Below, piece by piece: positions 36,750-45,087 of a DNA stretch of 64,000 nt. The notes under the pieces are model-generated. The model searched no databases and was not told the origin of the DNA. It saw only the letters and a program-made list of their open reading frames with translations. How positions within the stretch are numbered: position 1 is the stretch's first letter; each line of letters begins with the position of its first letter. The position numbers and the translations under genes are program-made. Origin of the DNA: a virus (lineage: Duplodnaviria > Heunggongvirae > Uroviricota > Caudoviricetes); the IMG/VR virus record IMGVR_UViG_3300049215_000772, positions 1 to 64,000 of that record. The stretch is one strand, 5' to 3'.

Positions 36750-38334
36750 GTTCATGCACGGATCGAGCATCTTGCTCGGCGACAATACAGTTCCCGGCGT
36801 GCAACTCCCAAAGGAGATGAAGGAAAACGTCCCCATCATCCTTCAGGCTTGTCGGGATTGGGGGTTGGATTTCTACCCCACAGTGGTCCAACTGCTGACC
36901 TACGACGAAATCTCCGAGATCGCTGCCTACGGCGGCTTCCCGGTCAGGTATCCTCATTGGCAGTTCGGTATGGAGTACGAAGAACTTCAGCGGGGCTATG
37001 AGTTTGGGATGCACAAGATTTACGAGATGGTCATCAACACCAATCCCTGCTACCAGTGGTTGCTGAGTTCCAACAGTCTGGAAGACAACCTGACCGTCGT
37101 GGCTCATGCTACAGGGCACAATGACTTCTTCAAGAACAACATCCATTTCAGCGCCACCGACACCAACATGCTGAACAAGATGGCGAACCACGGCACCCGT
37201 ATTCGCCGTTACATGACCAGGTGGGGCAAGGAGCGTGTTGTTGAGTTCATCGACCATGTTCTGCGGCTGGAGACGTTGATCGACGGGGCTGAGGCGTGGA
37301 CACAGAAAACGATCCGGGACAGGAACCTTTCGGATCAAAGGAAGTACCGCCATCCGAGAAGGTTGAAGGTGAGCAAGGAACGGCTCTACATGGAACCGTT
37401 CATCAACACACGGGACTTCCGCCAGGAAGAAAACAAGCGGATTTCCAAGCTGGACACGGCGGACGAAATTGGCCTGTTCACTGATCCGACCAAGGATATT
37501 CTTGGTTTCCTGCGGGACAATGCTCCTCTCAAACCGTGGCAGCAGGACATTGTTGCCATGTTGTATGAAGAAAGTTTGTACTTCTATCCGCAAAGACAAA
37601 CTAAGGTAATGAACGAAGGGTGGGCCTCGCTGACCGACCATATTATCATGGCCCGGCAGGGTTATATCGCCCTGGGTCAGAAACAGCATGATATGGGTAT
37701 TGTTGAGTATGCCGCTCACAAGATGGGAGTTCTTGGCGGCAAGTACAGCATGAACCCGTACAAGCTGGGCTTCTACTTGTTCCTGGACATTGAAGAAAGA
37801 TGGAACAAGGGCCAGTTCGGTACGGAGTGGGATGAGTGCGACGACATCAGGAAGAAGGAAAAGTGGGACACTGGCGCAATGCTCGGCAAGGAGAAGATTT
37901 TCGAGATCAGGAAGTATTATGACGACCTGACTTTCCTGAATGAGTTCTTCACCGAGGACTTCTGCCGGGCACAGGAATACTTCTACTGGAAGCACTATCC
38001 GAATGGTGAGTACCGATTGGAGCATCGTGACTTCAAGGAAATCAAGGCTGGGTTGATGCGCCGCCACCTGAACGGAGGGTTGCCTTCCATCAAGCTGACT
38101 GAGCCGAACTACCGTGGCAAGGGGTTCATGATGCTCCAGCATGATTGGGACGGGCGTGCGATTTACGATCCGTATGTTCGTGATGTTATGACTTCGTTGC
38201 GATTCTTGTGGGGCAACGACATTTTCTTGGCAACGAAGGACGATGATGGCCGAGAAGCCATTTATGGTTGCTATGGAACTGCCGAGGATGATGTTGAATT
38301 GGTTTCCCGCAAGGACCATATGAAGGATTGGTAA
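36739..38334 (+). CDS. spoVR: SpoVR/YcgB-family protein
   Basis: 'WGLDFYP...AAYGGFPVRYPHWQFGMEYE', 'HATGHNDFFKNN' and full-length colinearity with SpoVR. Confidence 0.85.
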   Translation: MGNKFMHGSSILLGDNTVPGVQLPKEMKENVPIILQACRDWGLDFYPTVVQLLTYDEISEIAAYGGFPVRYPHWQFGMEYEELQRGYEFGMHKIYEMVINTNPCYQWLLSSNSLEDNLTVVAHATGHNDFFKNNIHFSATDTNMLNKMANHGTRIRRYMTRWGKERVVEFIDHVLRLETLIDGAEAWTQKTIRDRNLSDQRKYRHPRRLKVSKERLYMEPFINTRDFRQEENKRISKLDTADEIGLFTDPTKDILGFLRDNAPLKPWQQDIVAMLYEESLYFYPQRQTKVMNEGWASLTDHIIMARQGYIALGQKQHDMGIVEYAAHKMGVLGGKYSMNPYKLGFYLFLDIEERWNKGQFGTEWDECDDIRKKEKWDTGAMLGKEKIFEIRKYYDDLTFLNEFFTEDFCRAQEYFYWKHYPNGEYRLEHRDFKEIKAGLMRRHLNGGLPSIKLTEPNYRGKGFMMLQHDWDGRAIYDPYVRDVMTSLRFLWGNDIFLATKDDDGREAIYGCYGTAEDDVELVSRKDHMKDW

Positions 38335-38343
38335 TGAGGGTCA

Positions 38344-38526
38344 ATGGAGAAGTTTGAGATTACGTTATTCACAGGCGAAGGTTTGGCCGAGTTCACTGAT
38401 CGGCTCGGCTTCATTCTGATGGAACTTGGCGTGAAGTTCAGGGTGAAAGAGTTTCACGATGACTTCATGGTATTCGAGTTCATTCAGGCCGAGCGGCTAG
38501 ATGAAGATGGCAAGAAAAAAAGTTGA
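38344..38526 (+). CDS. hypothetical small protein
   Basis: ORF only. Confidence 0.3.
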   Translation: MEKFEITLFTGEGLAEFTDRLGFILMELGVKFRVKEFHDDFMVFEFIQAERLDEDGKKKS

Positions 38527-39184
38527 TTTGGTTGAATTGCTGGGCCAGGTTCACAACTACGAAGTGAACCTGGCTACCAGGGAAATTTACCTTCACAGTC
38601 ATTACAACGCCAGTGGGCCAGACGAAGAAAGTGGGGTGGAGTTTCGCATGGCTACCACCTTCATCAAGAATCTTCACGTTCTTGATCTCGCTGACGATGC
38701 GCCTATTTTAGTTCACCTTCAATCGCCTGGAGGGGATTGGGGTCACGGGATGGCGATATTCGACGCCATCCGAGCAACGAATTCCCCCGTCACTATCCTC
38801 GCTCACGGCGAAGTTTCATCCATGAGCGGCATCATATTCCAAGCGGCTGTACACCGCATAATGATGCCGAGTTGCGAGATGATGATCCACAGGGGCTTTT
38901 TGTCGTTGGATGGTGTTTCTTCAACAGTACAAGCCAACGCTTTGTGGAACAAAAGAACTGATACAAAGATGTTGCAAATATATGCGTCTCGTGCCATAAT
39001 GGGCAAGTATTTTACCCAGGGAAACATGACGCATCAGCAGGTGTTGCGTTTCATCGACCGAAAGATTCAGAAGGTTGGAGATTGGAACCTGGACGCCGAG
39101 CAAGCCGTTTTCTACGGTTTGGCAGATGGCATATATGGCGAGCCTGGGTATGACACACTCAAAGAAATTCGGAGATTAGCATGA
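38501..39184 (+). CDS. clpP: ClpP-family serine peptidase
   Basis: 'LQSPGGDWGHGMAIFDAI', Ser in 'GEVSSMSG', His in 'MMIHRG'. Confidence 0.7.
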   Translation: MKMARKKVDLVELLGQVHNYEVNLATREIYLHSHYNASGPDEESGVEFRMATTFIKNLHVLDLADDAPILVHLQSPGGDWGHGMAIFDAIRATNSPVTILAHGEVSSMSGIIFQAAVHRIMMPSCEMMIHRGFLSLDGVSSTVQANALWNKRTDTKMLQIYASRAIMGKYFTQGNMTHQQVLRFIDRKIQKVGDWNLDAEQAVFYGLADGIYGEPGYDTLKEIRRLA

Positions 39185-39786
39185 CCATTGATACTATGTC
39201 TTTCCAAGAAAGGGTTGTTTACGGGAAGGCGAAAGAAGATCAGATTCGGAAGTGCTTGAACGAGAATTACGAGGGTTTCAACCTTCAGGCGGCTACGTTT
39301 TCTGAGGATTGTGAAGACAAAACCGACTGTTGGCAAGTCGAGGGTGAGGAGAAGCGTCGGGTTGCCATCAAGGTCCGGGCGACCAAGCAGGATATTTTGG
39401 CTTGTTTATGGGAACCATTTTGGGGCACTATGGATAAGCGCACCAAGCGTGGCCGGGATATGCTGACTGAATATGCTTGGTATATTACCCTTTCTCCCGA
39501 CGAGAAGACTATTCGGGTTGCACTTGGAAGTGTCCTCCACAAAATCTACAATGAGATGTGGGGTGAATGGCTCGCTAAGGTCGGAGATATGTGCGACCAC
39601 ATCAAAAGCGAGCAATTGTACAAGAAGAAGATTCTCGCCTCCGTTAAACACCCTGACTGCGAGCTATGGCTGCATCGGGATCGGAAAAACAACAGGCCCA
39701 AAGTGTTGGGCTTCATCCCACCATCGTACTTGAAGGAAGGCGAGGAGATTAACTACTATCCTTTTCTGGTGAAAAATGAAAATTGA
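39181..39786 (+). CDS. hypothetical protein (possible PD-(D/E)xK-like)
   Basis: ATGA coupling to clpP; 'DCWQVEGEEKRRVAIKV' suggests a D...E.K motif. Confidence 0.35.
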   Translation: MTIDTMSFQERVVYGKAKEDQIRKCLNENYEGFNLQAATFSEDCEDKTDCWQVEGEEKRRVAIKVRATKQDILACLWEPFWGTMDKRTKRGRDMLTEYAWYITLSPDEKTIRVALGSVLHKIYNEMWGEWLAKVGDMCDHIKSEQLYKKKILASVKHPDCELWLHRDRKNNRPKVLGFIPPSYLKEGEEINYYPFLVKNEN

Positions 39787-40012
39787 TGTAAATGTTCTTC
39801 TCAGTGACGAGTTCATAGCGTTTTCCAACAAGATTGCCGCTATCCACAATGAGAAGAAAAAGAAGAAACAAGAACTGAAAGCCTTCTACGACAAGATTCA
39901 ACTTGAACTTGCCGCTCTCGACGATCAGGCTAAGGCCACGGCGTTGGAGTTCGATGAGTGGAAGAAACAGTTCACCAAGGAAGAAAAAGAGGAAGCTGAT
40001 GCCGCTGAGTGA
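39776..40012 (+). CDS. small coiled-coil protein
   Basis: ORF only. Confidence 0.35.
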   Translation: MKIDVNVLLSDEFIAFSNKIAAIHNEKKKKKQELKAFYDKIQLELAALDDQAKATALEFDEWKKQFTKEEKEEADAAE

Positions 40013-40298
40013 AGCAGAAGTGAATGAGCGCATTCGAGTTAATCCCGCTCGTGCCAACGAACTTGAGTCAATCTTCTACAGCAAGATTATCGACATCCAG
40101 GAAAATCTCAACCGACTGATTCGCCTGGTGAAACAGTCACGGGAATCTGGTGTGAGCAACGCCTGGAACACGATGATTAACAAGTATCCGAAGTTGTGCG
40201 AAATTGACGGAAGTGTTAGAATCATGAGCGAAGCCTTGGATTACGATCTGAACTCTCCACTTGGGAACGAACCTTGGCGCAACTGTGGCGACGGCTGA
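39997..40298 (+). CDS. hypothetical protein
   Basis: ATG overlapping the upstream stop. Confidence 0.35.
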
Positions 40299-40486
40299 CG
40301 CACCGAAGCATCGACACCCCTTGGGGTGATGACTACATCTTCCTGACGAAGAAGTTTCCGCCGCTGCGCACTTACCAGGAAATCGCCAAGCATATCGCTG
40401 ATGAGTATGATCTGACCCATTTCAGGCGTATCAAGATACCGCTCATCAGGAGAATATATCCCCAACTATTGCTCCAAACCCCATGA
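40274..40486 (+). CDS. hypothetical protein, paralog A (shares its N-terminus with the next gene)
   Basis: N-terminus 'RSIDTPWGDDYIFLTKKFPPLRTYQEI'; about 80-nt direct repeat with 40505..40585. Confidence 0.4.
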   Translation: MAQLWRRLTHRSIDTPWGDDYIFLTKKFPPLRTYQEIAKHIADEYDLTHFRRIKIPLIRRIYPQLLLQTP

Positions 40487-40839
40487 AGAAGCGAATCCCT
40501 TCCCGAAGCATCGACACCCCTTGGGGTGATGACTACATTTTCCTGACGAAGAAGTTTCTGCCGTTGCGCACCTACAAGGAAATCTACGACGAGATCGTGT
40601 ACGAGCGCTGGACGCCGCCCACGGACGACGAGAGTGGTTGGTGGCCGATTCGTCCCAACCAGCAACCGCCAAAGTGCAAGACGTGCGGCTACCAATACTC
40701 CTGGGGCGACCAGCGCCTATATCAGCGCTGTAGTTGCGAGCGGCGTGCAGATTCGCTTGTCGTAGTTAAAACCTTTGCAATTATCGCTGGCATTGTTGGC
40801 GGGCTTCTGATATTGTGTCGTATAGTATTTTCCAACTAA
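40483..40839 (+). CDS. hypothetical protein, paralog B with zinc ribbon and C-terminal transmembrane helix
   Basis: N-terminus 'RSIDTPWGDDYIFLTKKFLPLRTYKEI'; 'CKTCGY...CSCE'; hydrophobic C-terminus. Confidence 0.4.
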   Translation: MKKRIPSRSIDTPWGDDYIFLTKKFLPLRTYKEIYDEIVYERWTPPTDDESGWWPIRPNQQPPKCKTCGYQYSWGDQRLYQRCSCERRADSLVVVKTFAIIAGIVGGLLILCRIVFSN

Positions 40840-40849
40840 GGAGACTATC

Positions 40850-41155
40850 ATGACCCTTCTCGATTCCATCGTCTGCTTCGCAGCCATTTTTGGCTTCATC
40901 TTCATGCTGTTCGGCCTGGGTGAAGTTGGCTACAATAATGTCTACCGTGTTTTCATCATGCTCTACGCCTGGGCGCTGGCGGGTGGATACGCCGCCCAAC
41001 ATTGGCTGGAACATAAACCATCCGACTTCATGGGCTTCCCCTTGATGGGGATATTCTGCTGGGGTGCCATCGGAGCGATGCAAATACTTCACATAAGGAT
41101 GAATATCAGGAAACATGCCCAAGAAGAAGAACGTCTACAGGAGTATCGACGCTGA
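40850..41155 (+). CDS. small multi-pass membrane protein
   Basis: Three hydrophobic helices. Confidence 0.4.
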   Translation: MTLLDSIVCFAAIFGFIFMLFGLGEVGYNNVYRVFIMLYAWALAGGYAAQHWLEHKPSDFMGFPLMGIFCWGAIGAMQILHIRMNIRKHAQEEERLQEYRR

Positions 41156-41465
41156 GTGGAACCCCGGCAACATAGTTCATCCGAGGCCGGAAGATGTTGA
41201 AGCATCTTCCGTGTTCGATGAGAAACTTTGTCACGGGAATCCGAACCTAGTTTTCTTCGGCTCACGATATGACGAATCGCTGGGCGAAGGCAGTCGTCGG
41301 GCCGAAGCTAACCCCGAATGGGAGATGCCGATTTTGCGAAGGCGTGATGCTCCTATTGTCCCGCCCCGGCCTCCTGTGGTATCACTACCTTCAGCCCCAC
41401 AACAAACCCCTACACCAGAATCTTTCGCCAAGAAGATCACTTCTTGGATCAAGGAATTTTTCTAA
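41115..41465 (+). CDS. hypothetical Pro-rich protein
   Basis: ORF only. Confidence 0.35.
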   Translation: MPKKKNVYRSIDAEWNPGNIVHPRPEDVEASSVFDEKLCHGNPNLVFFGSRYDESLGEGSRRAEANPEWEMPILRRRDAPIVPPRPPVVSLPSAPQQTPTPESFAKKITSWIKEFF

Positions 41466-41474
41466 CGAGGTTGT

Positions 41475-42902
41475 ATGAAGAAATGTGAAATTTGCGGGTT
41501 TGAACACCTGCATCTCCATACCGATTTCAGCCTTCTCGATGGCTATGGGATGGTTGAGGAATATGCTCTCCGGGCACCCAAAATCAACCAGAAATTTCTG
41601 ACAGTTTCCGACCACGGTATGATGGGCGTGGTCCCCCGTCAGATCAAAGCATGTGAGAACATCTGCAAAGCCAACGGCAAAGATGCCCTCTCCCCCATTT
41701 TTGCCTGTGAACTATATGTCAACCGCCTCCAGCCTGAATGCAACAACCCGAACGATATGCAGAAGTTCATGAAGGGTCTGAATGAGGAAGACCTTCGTGA
41801 AGTGCGCCAATATGGGGCACACCTTCTTGCTATCGCCTACAACGAAACAGGTTACAAAAACCTGGTCCGACTTTCTTCCTGGGGCTGGACCAAGGGCTTC
41901 TATCGCCGGCCCAGGGTTAATTACGATCAACTCATCAAGCATCGTGAGGGCTTGTTTTTCACGTCCTGCTGCTACGCTTCTGAGGTCGGCAAAGCCTTCG
42001 ACCGTGGCCTCAAGATCAGCGAAGAAGCCGCCTACGAAGCTGGATACCAGATGATCCAGCGCTACCTGGATATGTTTGGTCGGGAGCATTACTTTCTGGA
42101 AATGATGCTCCTTGACTTCAAGAAACAGAAGCCCTATGACAAATTCATCGTGGCGGCTGCCGAGAAGTTTGGGTTGCGGCTCATCATCACCAATGATTGC
42201 CACTACTGCCAGCAGGAAGACAGCCACTACCAGCGGCTTATGTTGATGGTGCAGACGAACCGCACCCTCCAGGAAATCCAGAAGGCAATGGCTGAAGACT
42301 CCATGCAGGACTTCTTCGAGTTGCAGGACGCCAACTTGTGGATGAAGTCCGAGGAGGAAATCAACGAGAAGTGGTTGCGGGACTACAGCGATGTGATCCC
42401 CTACGAACTTTTCTGTGAGGCCAAGCGCAACACGGTCTGGATTTGCAACAAGGCCAAGGGCGTCAAGTTGGATCGCAGCCTCAAGTTGCCCGTGTTGGAT
42501 GGGGCCGATGAAAAACTCAAGGAAGAGATCATGAGGGGTTTCGCCAAGCGTGGACTGCCCAAAACCCGTGAATATCTGGATCGTATCAAGGAAGAATACA
42601 GCCTCATCTGGCGGAAGGGGTTTTCCTCCTACTTCCTGCTTCAGAAGATGATGACCGATGAGGCTCGGCGTGTCAGCCCGCAATTGTTGGGTTGGGGTGA
42701 CGGCAGCGAAGCCGTGGGTCCGGGCCGTGGTAGCGCTGTTGGTGCCCTCACTTGCTACTGTTTGGGAATTACCGACGTGGACCCCGTATATGAAGGGTTG
42801 TTGTTCAGCCGCTTCATGAGCGAGGCCCGTGGCGGTAGGCATATTGTGTTGGATTTCCGTAACATTGATCCCCTGCCGCCCGACGAGGCATTCGCAGCAT
42901 GA
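41475..42902 (+). CDS. dnaE: DNA polymerase III alpha (DnaE-type) N-terminal fragment: PHP domain through the start of the palm
   Basis: 'HLHLHTDFSLLDG' PHP motif; 'GPGRGSAVGALTCYCLGITDVDPV...LLFSRF' matches DnaE '[30 protein letters not shown]'; stops before the catalytic 'PDxDxD'. Confidence 0.8.
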   Translation: MKKCEICGFEHLHLHTDFSLLDGYGMVEEYALRAPKINQKFLTVSDHGMMGVVPRQIKACENICKANGKDALSPIFACELYVNRLQPECNNPNDMQKFMKGLNEEDLREVRQYGAHLLAIAYNETGYKNLVRLSSWGWTKGFYRRPRVNYDQLIKHREGLFFTSCCYASEVGKAFDRGLKISEEAAYEAGYQMIQRYLDMFGREHYFLEMMLLDFKKQKPYDKFIVAAAEKFGLRLIITNDCHYCQQEDSHYQRLMLMVQTNRTLQEIQKAMAEDSMQDFFELQDANLWMKSEEEINEKWLRDYSDVIPYELFCEAKRNTVWICNKAKGVKLDRSLKLPVLDGADEKLKEEIMRGFAKRGLPKTREYLDRIKEEYSLIWRKGFSSYFLLQKMMTDEARRVSPQLLGWGDGSEAVGPGRGSAVGALTCYCLGITDVDPVYEGLLFSRFMSEARGGRHIVLDFRNIDPLPPDEAFAA

Positions 42903-43132
42903 AACGCTTCATTCATGTTAATCAACACATCATCAAGGCCAACAGGAAGTACGGCAAGCGTGACCCGGTGCTGACCGTGAAAACCTACAAGGACAATGAA
43001 TATGGACACGAAGTCCATATCGACGGTCCCTGCAAGATTGTCTATAGGCCAGACAAGCCGCTTTCGTGCGGGGCAACGGTCTGGATTGAAACGGACTCGG
43101 AAGTTTTCGTGGTTCGTGCCGACGCAGGCTGA
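42899..43132 (+). CDS. hypothetical small protein
   Basis: ATGA-coupled to the dnaE fragment. Confidence 0.35.
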   Translation: MKRFIHVNQHIIKANRKYGKRDPVLTVKTYKDNEYGHEVHIDGPCKIVYRPDKPLSCGATVWIETDSEVFVVRADAG

Positions 43133-43148
43133 TTGCTTTACAATCACA

Positions 43149-43177
43149 AAGCCCCGTGGTAGAATCCACGGGGCTTT
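43149..43177 (+). terminator. rho-independent terminator
   Basis: 9-bp stem 'gccccgtgg tagaat ccacggggc' followed by TTTTT. Confidence 0.5.
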
Positions 43178-43194
43178 TTCTATTTGGAGACAAC

Positions 43195-45051
43195 ATGAGC
43201 CGAGAAATCGACCAGAAGTGGCAGCAGAAGTGGGAAGAAACAGGTTTGTATAACGTGGACCTGAATACGGAGGGTCCAAAGTTCTACCTGCTTTCCATGT
43301 TCCCCTATCCGAGCGGGAATCTGCATCTCGGCCACTGGTATGCCCTGGCCCCCGCAGATGCCTACGCTCGCTTCCAGCGTATGCACGGCAAGGAAGTCTT
43401 CTTCCCGATGGGTTTCGACGCCTTCGGACTGCCGGCAGAAAATGCCGCCATCAAGCACAAGGTACAGCCGAAGGAATGGACGGAGAAGAATATCGCCCGG
43501 ATGACGGAACAACTCAAGACAATGGGTTGCATGTTCCCCTGGGAGTACACGCTGAGAACGTGTGATCCAAATTACTACAAGTGGAACCAGTGGTTGTTCC
43601 TTCAGTTCTACCACAAGGGACTGGTCTACAAGGACAACGCCCCCGTGGACTTCTGCCCGCAGTGCCAAACGACTGTGGCCAAAGAACAAGTTGTTGATGG
43701 CGACTGTGAGCGCTGTGGCACGCCGGTTGTTCAGAAGGCGATTCCTTCCTGGAAGTTGAGAATTACTTCCTACAAGGACGATTTGTTGAACTTCGCTGGC
43801 CTGGACTGGCCTGAGAAGGTCATCAAGATGCAGGAGAACTGGATCGCCGATCTGAGGGATTGGAACGTCTCTCGTCAGCGCATGTGGGGCACGCCCATCC
43901 CGATGATTAAGTGCCCGCAGTGTGGTGATGTGCCGGTGTCTACCTTCGATCTGCCGATCATGCTCCCGGATGATGCCGAATTCCTGCCCACGGGTGAGAG
44001 TCCACTGAAGCAACACCCGACTTTCAAGCATGTGGAATGTCCCAATTGTGAAGGTCCAGCCGAGCGGGAAACCGACACGCTGGACACTTTCTTCTGTTCG
44101 TCCTGGTATCAGTACGCCTACCTGAACCGGGATCGGGAGAATCAGGCATTCTACACCGATTGGGTCAACAACTGGTGTCCGGTGAACTTGTACACGGGCG
44201 GCATCGAACATGCTTGTATGCACTTGTTGTACTTCCGATTCTTCAGCAAGGCGATGCTGGATTGTGGCATCTTGTCGGAAGAGTTCACGATTCCTCGTGC
44301 TGAACCTGCCAAGAAGTTGTTCAATCAGGGCATGATCTTGGGGCCGGACGGCTACAAGATGAGCAAGTCCAGGGGCAACGTGGTCGATCCCGATGAATTG
44401 GTTGAGGACTACGGGGCAGACGTGGTTCGGGCGGCTTTGATGTTCATTGGGCCGTGGGACCAGGGCGGCACCTGGAGTATCAACCTGGCGGGCATCGAGC
44501 GATTCCTGAATGATGTCGAGAAGATTGCCGCCATGCCGCCGAGGAATCAGGATCGGCTCAACCCGGAGTGTGCTGTTACCAGGGCGATAAATCGTACTTG
44601 TCCCAGGGTTTACAAGGACTATGAGGCGATGAAGTTCAACACTGTCATCTCCTGGCTGATGCAGCTTCGGAACGTGATGTTGGAACACTACGACACGACG
44701 CCGGGCTTGTCCTGGCAGAATGCCGTGGACTGTCTGTTGCTGATGCTGGCTCCTATCTGTCCTCATCGTACTGAGGAGGCGTGGAGCAAGATTCACAGTG
44801 AAGTAGGCAGCATTCACAAATACCCATTCCCGGCGAAGATCGCCCTGGAAGACCCGGAAACAGCAACTATTGTTATTCAGATCAACGGCAAGAAGCGGGC
44901 GCTGGTGGAACAAATGGACGGAGATGATCTGGACGACGTGTTGGAGTACCCCGAAGTGCAGGCCGTGGTAGAAGGGTTGGAAATTACCAGGACGGTGAAA
45001 GTTCCGGGTAGGATCATCAACTTCGTTGTGAAACGAACAATTGACGACTGA
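43195..45051 (+). CDS. leuS: leucyl-tRNA synthetase lacking the CP1 editing domain
   Basis: 'PYPSGNLHLGHW' (HIGH), 'GFDAFGLPAE', 'MQENWIADLRDWNVSRQRMWGTPIP', 'GGIEHACMHLLYFRFF', 'YKMSKSRGN' (KMSKS); where E. coli has about 190 aa of CP1 between 'MQRNWIG' and 'LRDWGVSRQR', here the two are directly fused; GGAG RBS. Confidence 0.85.
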   Translation: MSREIDQKWQQKWEETGLYNVDLNTEGPKFYLLSMFPYPSGNLHLGHWYALAPADAYARFQRMHGKEVFFPMGFDAFGLPAENAAIKHKVQPKEWTEKNIARMTEQLKTMGCMFPWEYTLRTCDPNYYKWNQWLFLQFYHKGLVYKDNAPVDFCPQCQTTVAKEQVVDGDCERCGTPVVQKAIPSWKLRITSYKDDLLNFAGLDWPEKVIKMQENWIADLRDWNVSRQRMWGTPIPMIKCPQCGDVPVSTFDLPIMLPDDAEFLPTGESPLKQHPTFKHVECPNCEGPAERETDTLDTFFCSSWYQYAYLNRDRENQAFYTDWVNNWCPVNLYTGGIEHACMHLLYFRFFSKAMLDCGILSEEFTIPRAEPAKKLFNQGMILGPDGYKMSKSRGNVVDPDELVEDYGADVVRAALMFIGPWDQGGTWSINLAGIERFLNDVEKIAAMPPRNQDRLNPECAVTRAINRTCPRVYKDYEAMKFNTVISWLMQLRNVMLEHYDTTPGLSWQNAVDCLLLMLAPICPHRTEEAWSKIHSEVGSIHKYPFPAKIALEDPETATIVIQINGKKRALVEQMDGDDLDDVLEYPEVQAVVEGLEITRTVKVPGRIINFVVKRTIDD

Positions 45052-45059
45052 AAGAAAAA

Positions 45060-45085
45060 GGCCAGTCAAGTGACTGGCCTTTTTT
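45060..45085. terminator. bidirectional rho-independent terminator
   Basis: Perfect hairpin 'ggccagtcaagtgactggcc' followed by TTTTTT, between convergent genes. Confidence 0.6.
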
Positions 45086-45087
45086 CG

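Noticed and set aside
36718-38319. 533-aa minus-strand ORF
   Set aside because: Mirror image of spoVR (36739..38334), which has the conserved SpoVR blocks.
42840-42902. Possible intein at the first DnaE break ('...ARGGRHIVLDFRNIDPLPPDEAFAA')
   Set aside because: The tail does not start with Cys, Ser or Thr, has no TxxH block, and the next fragment has no ...HN|C/S/T junction; treated as a simple fission.
43180-45069. 629-aa minus-strand ORF
   Set aside because: Antisense to leuS; the plus strand has HIGH and KMSKS.
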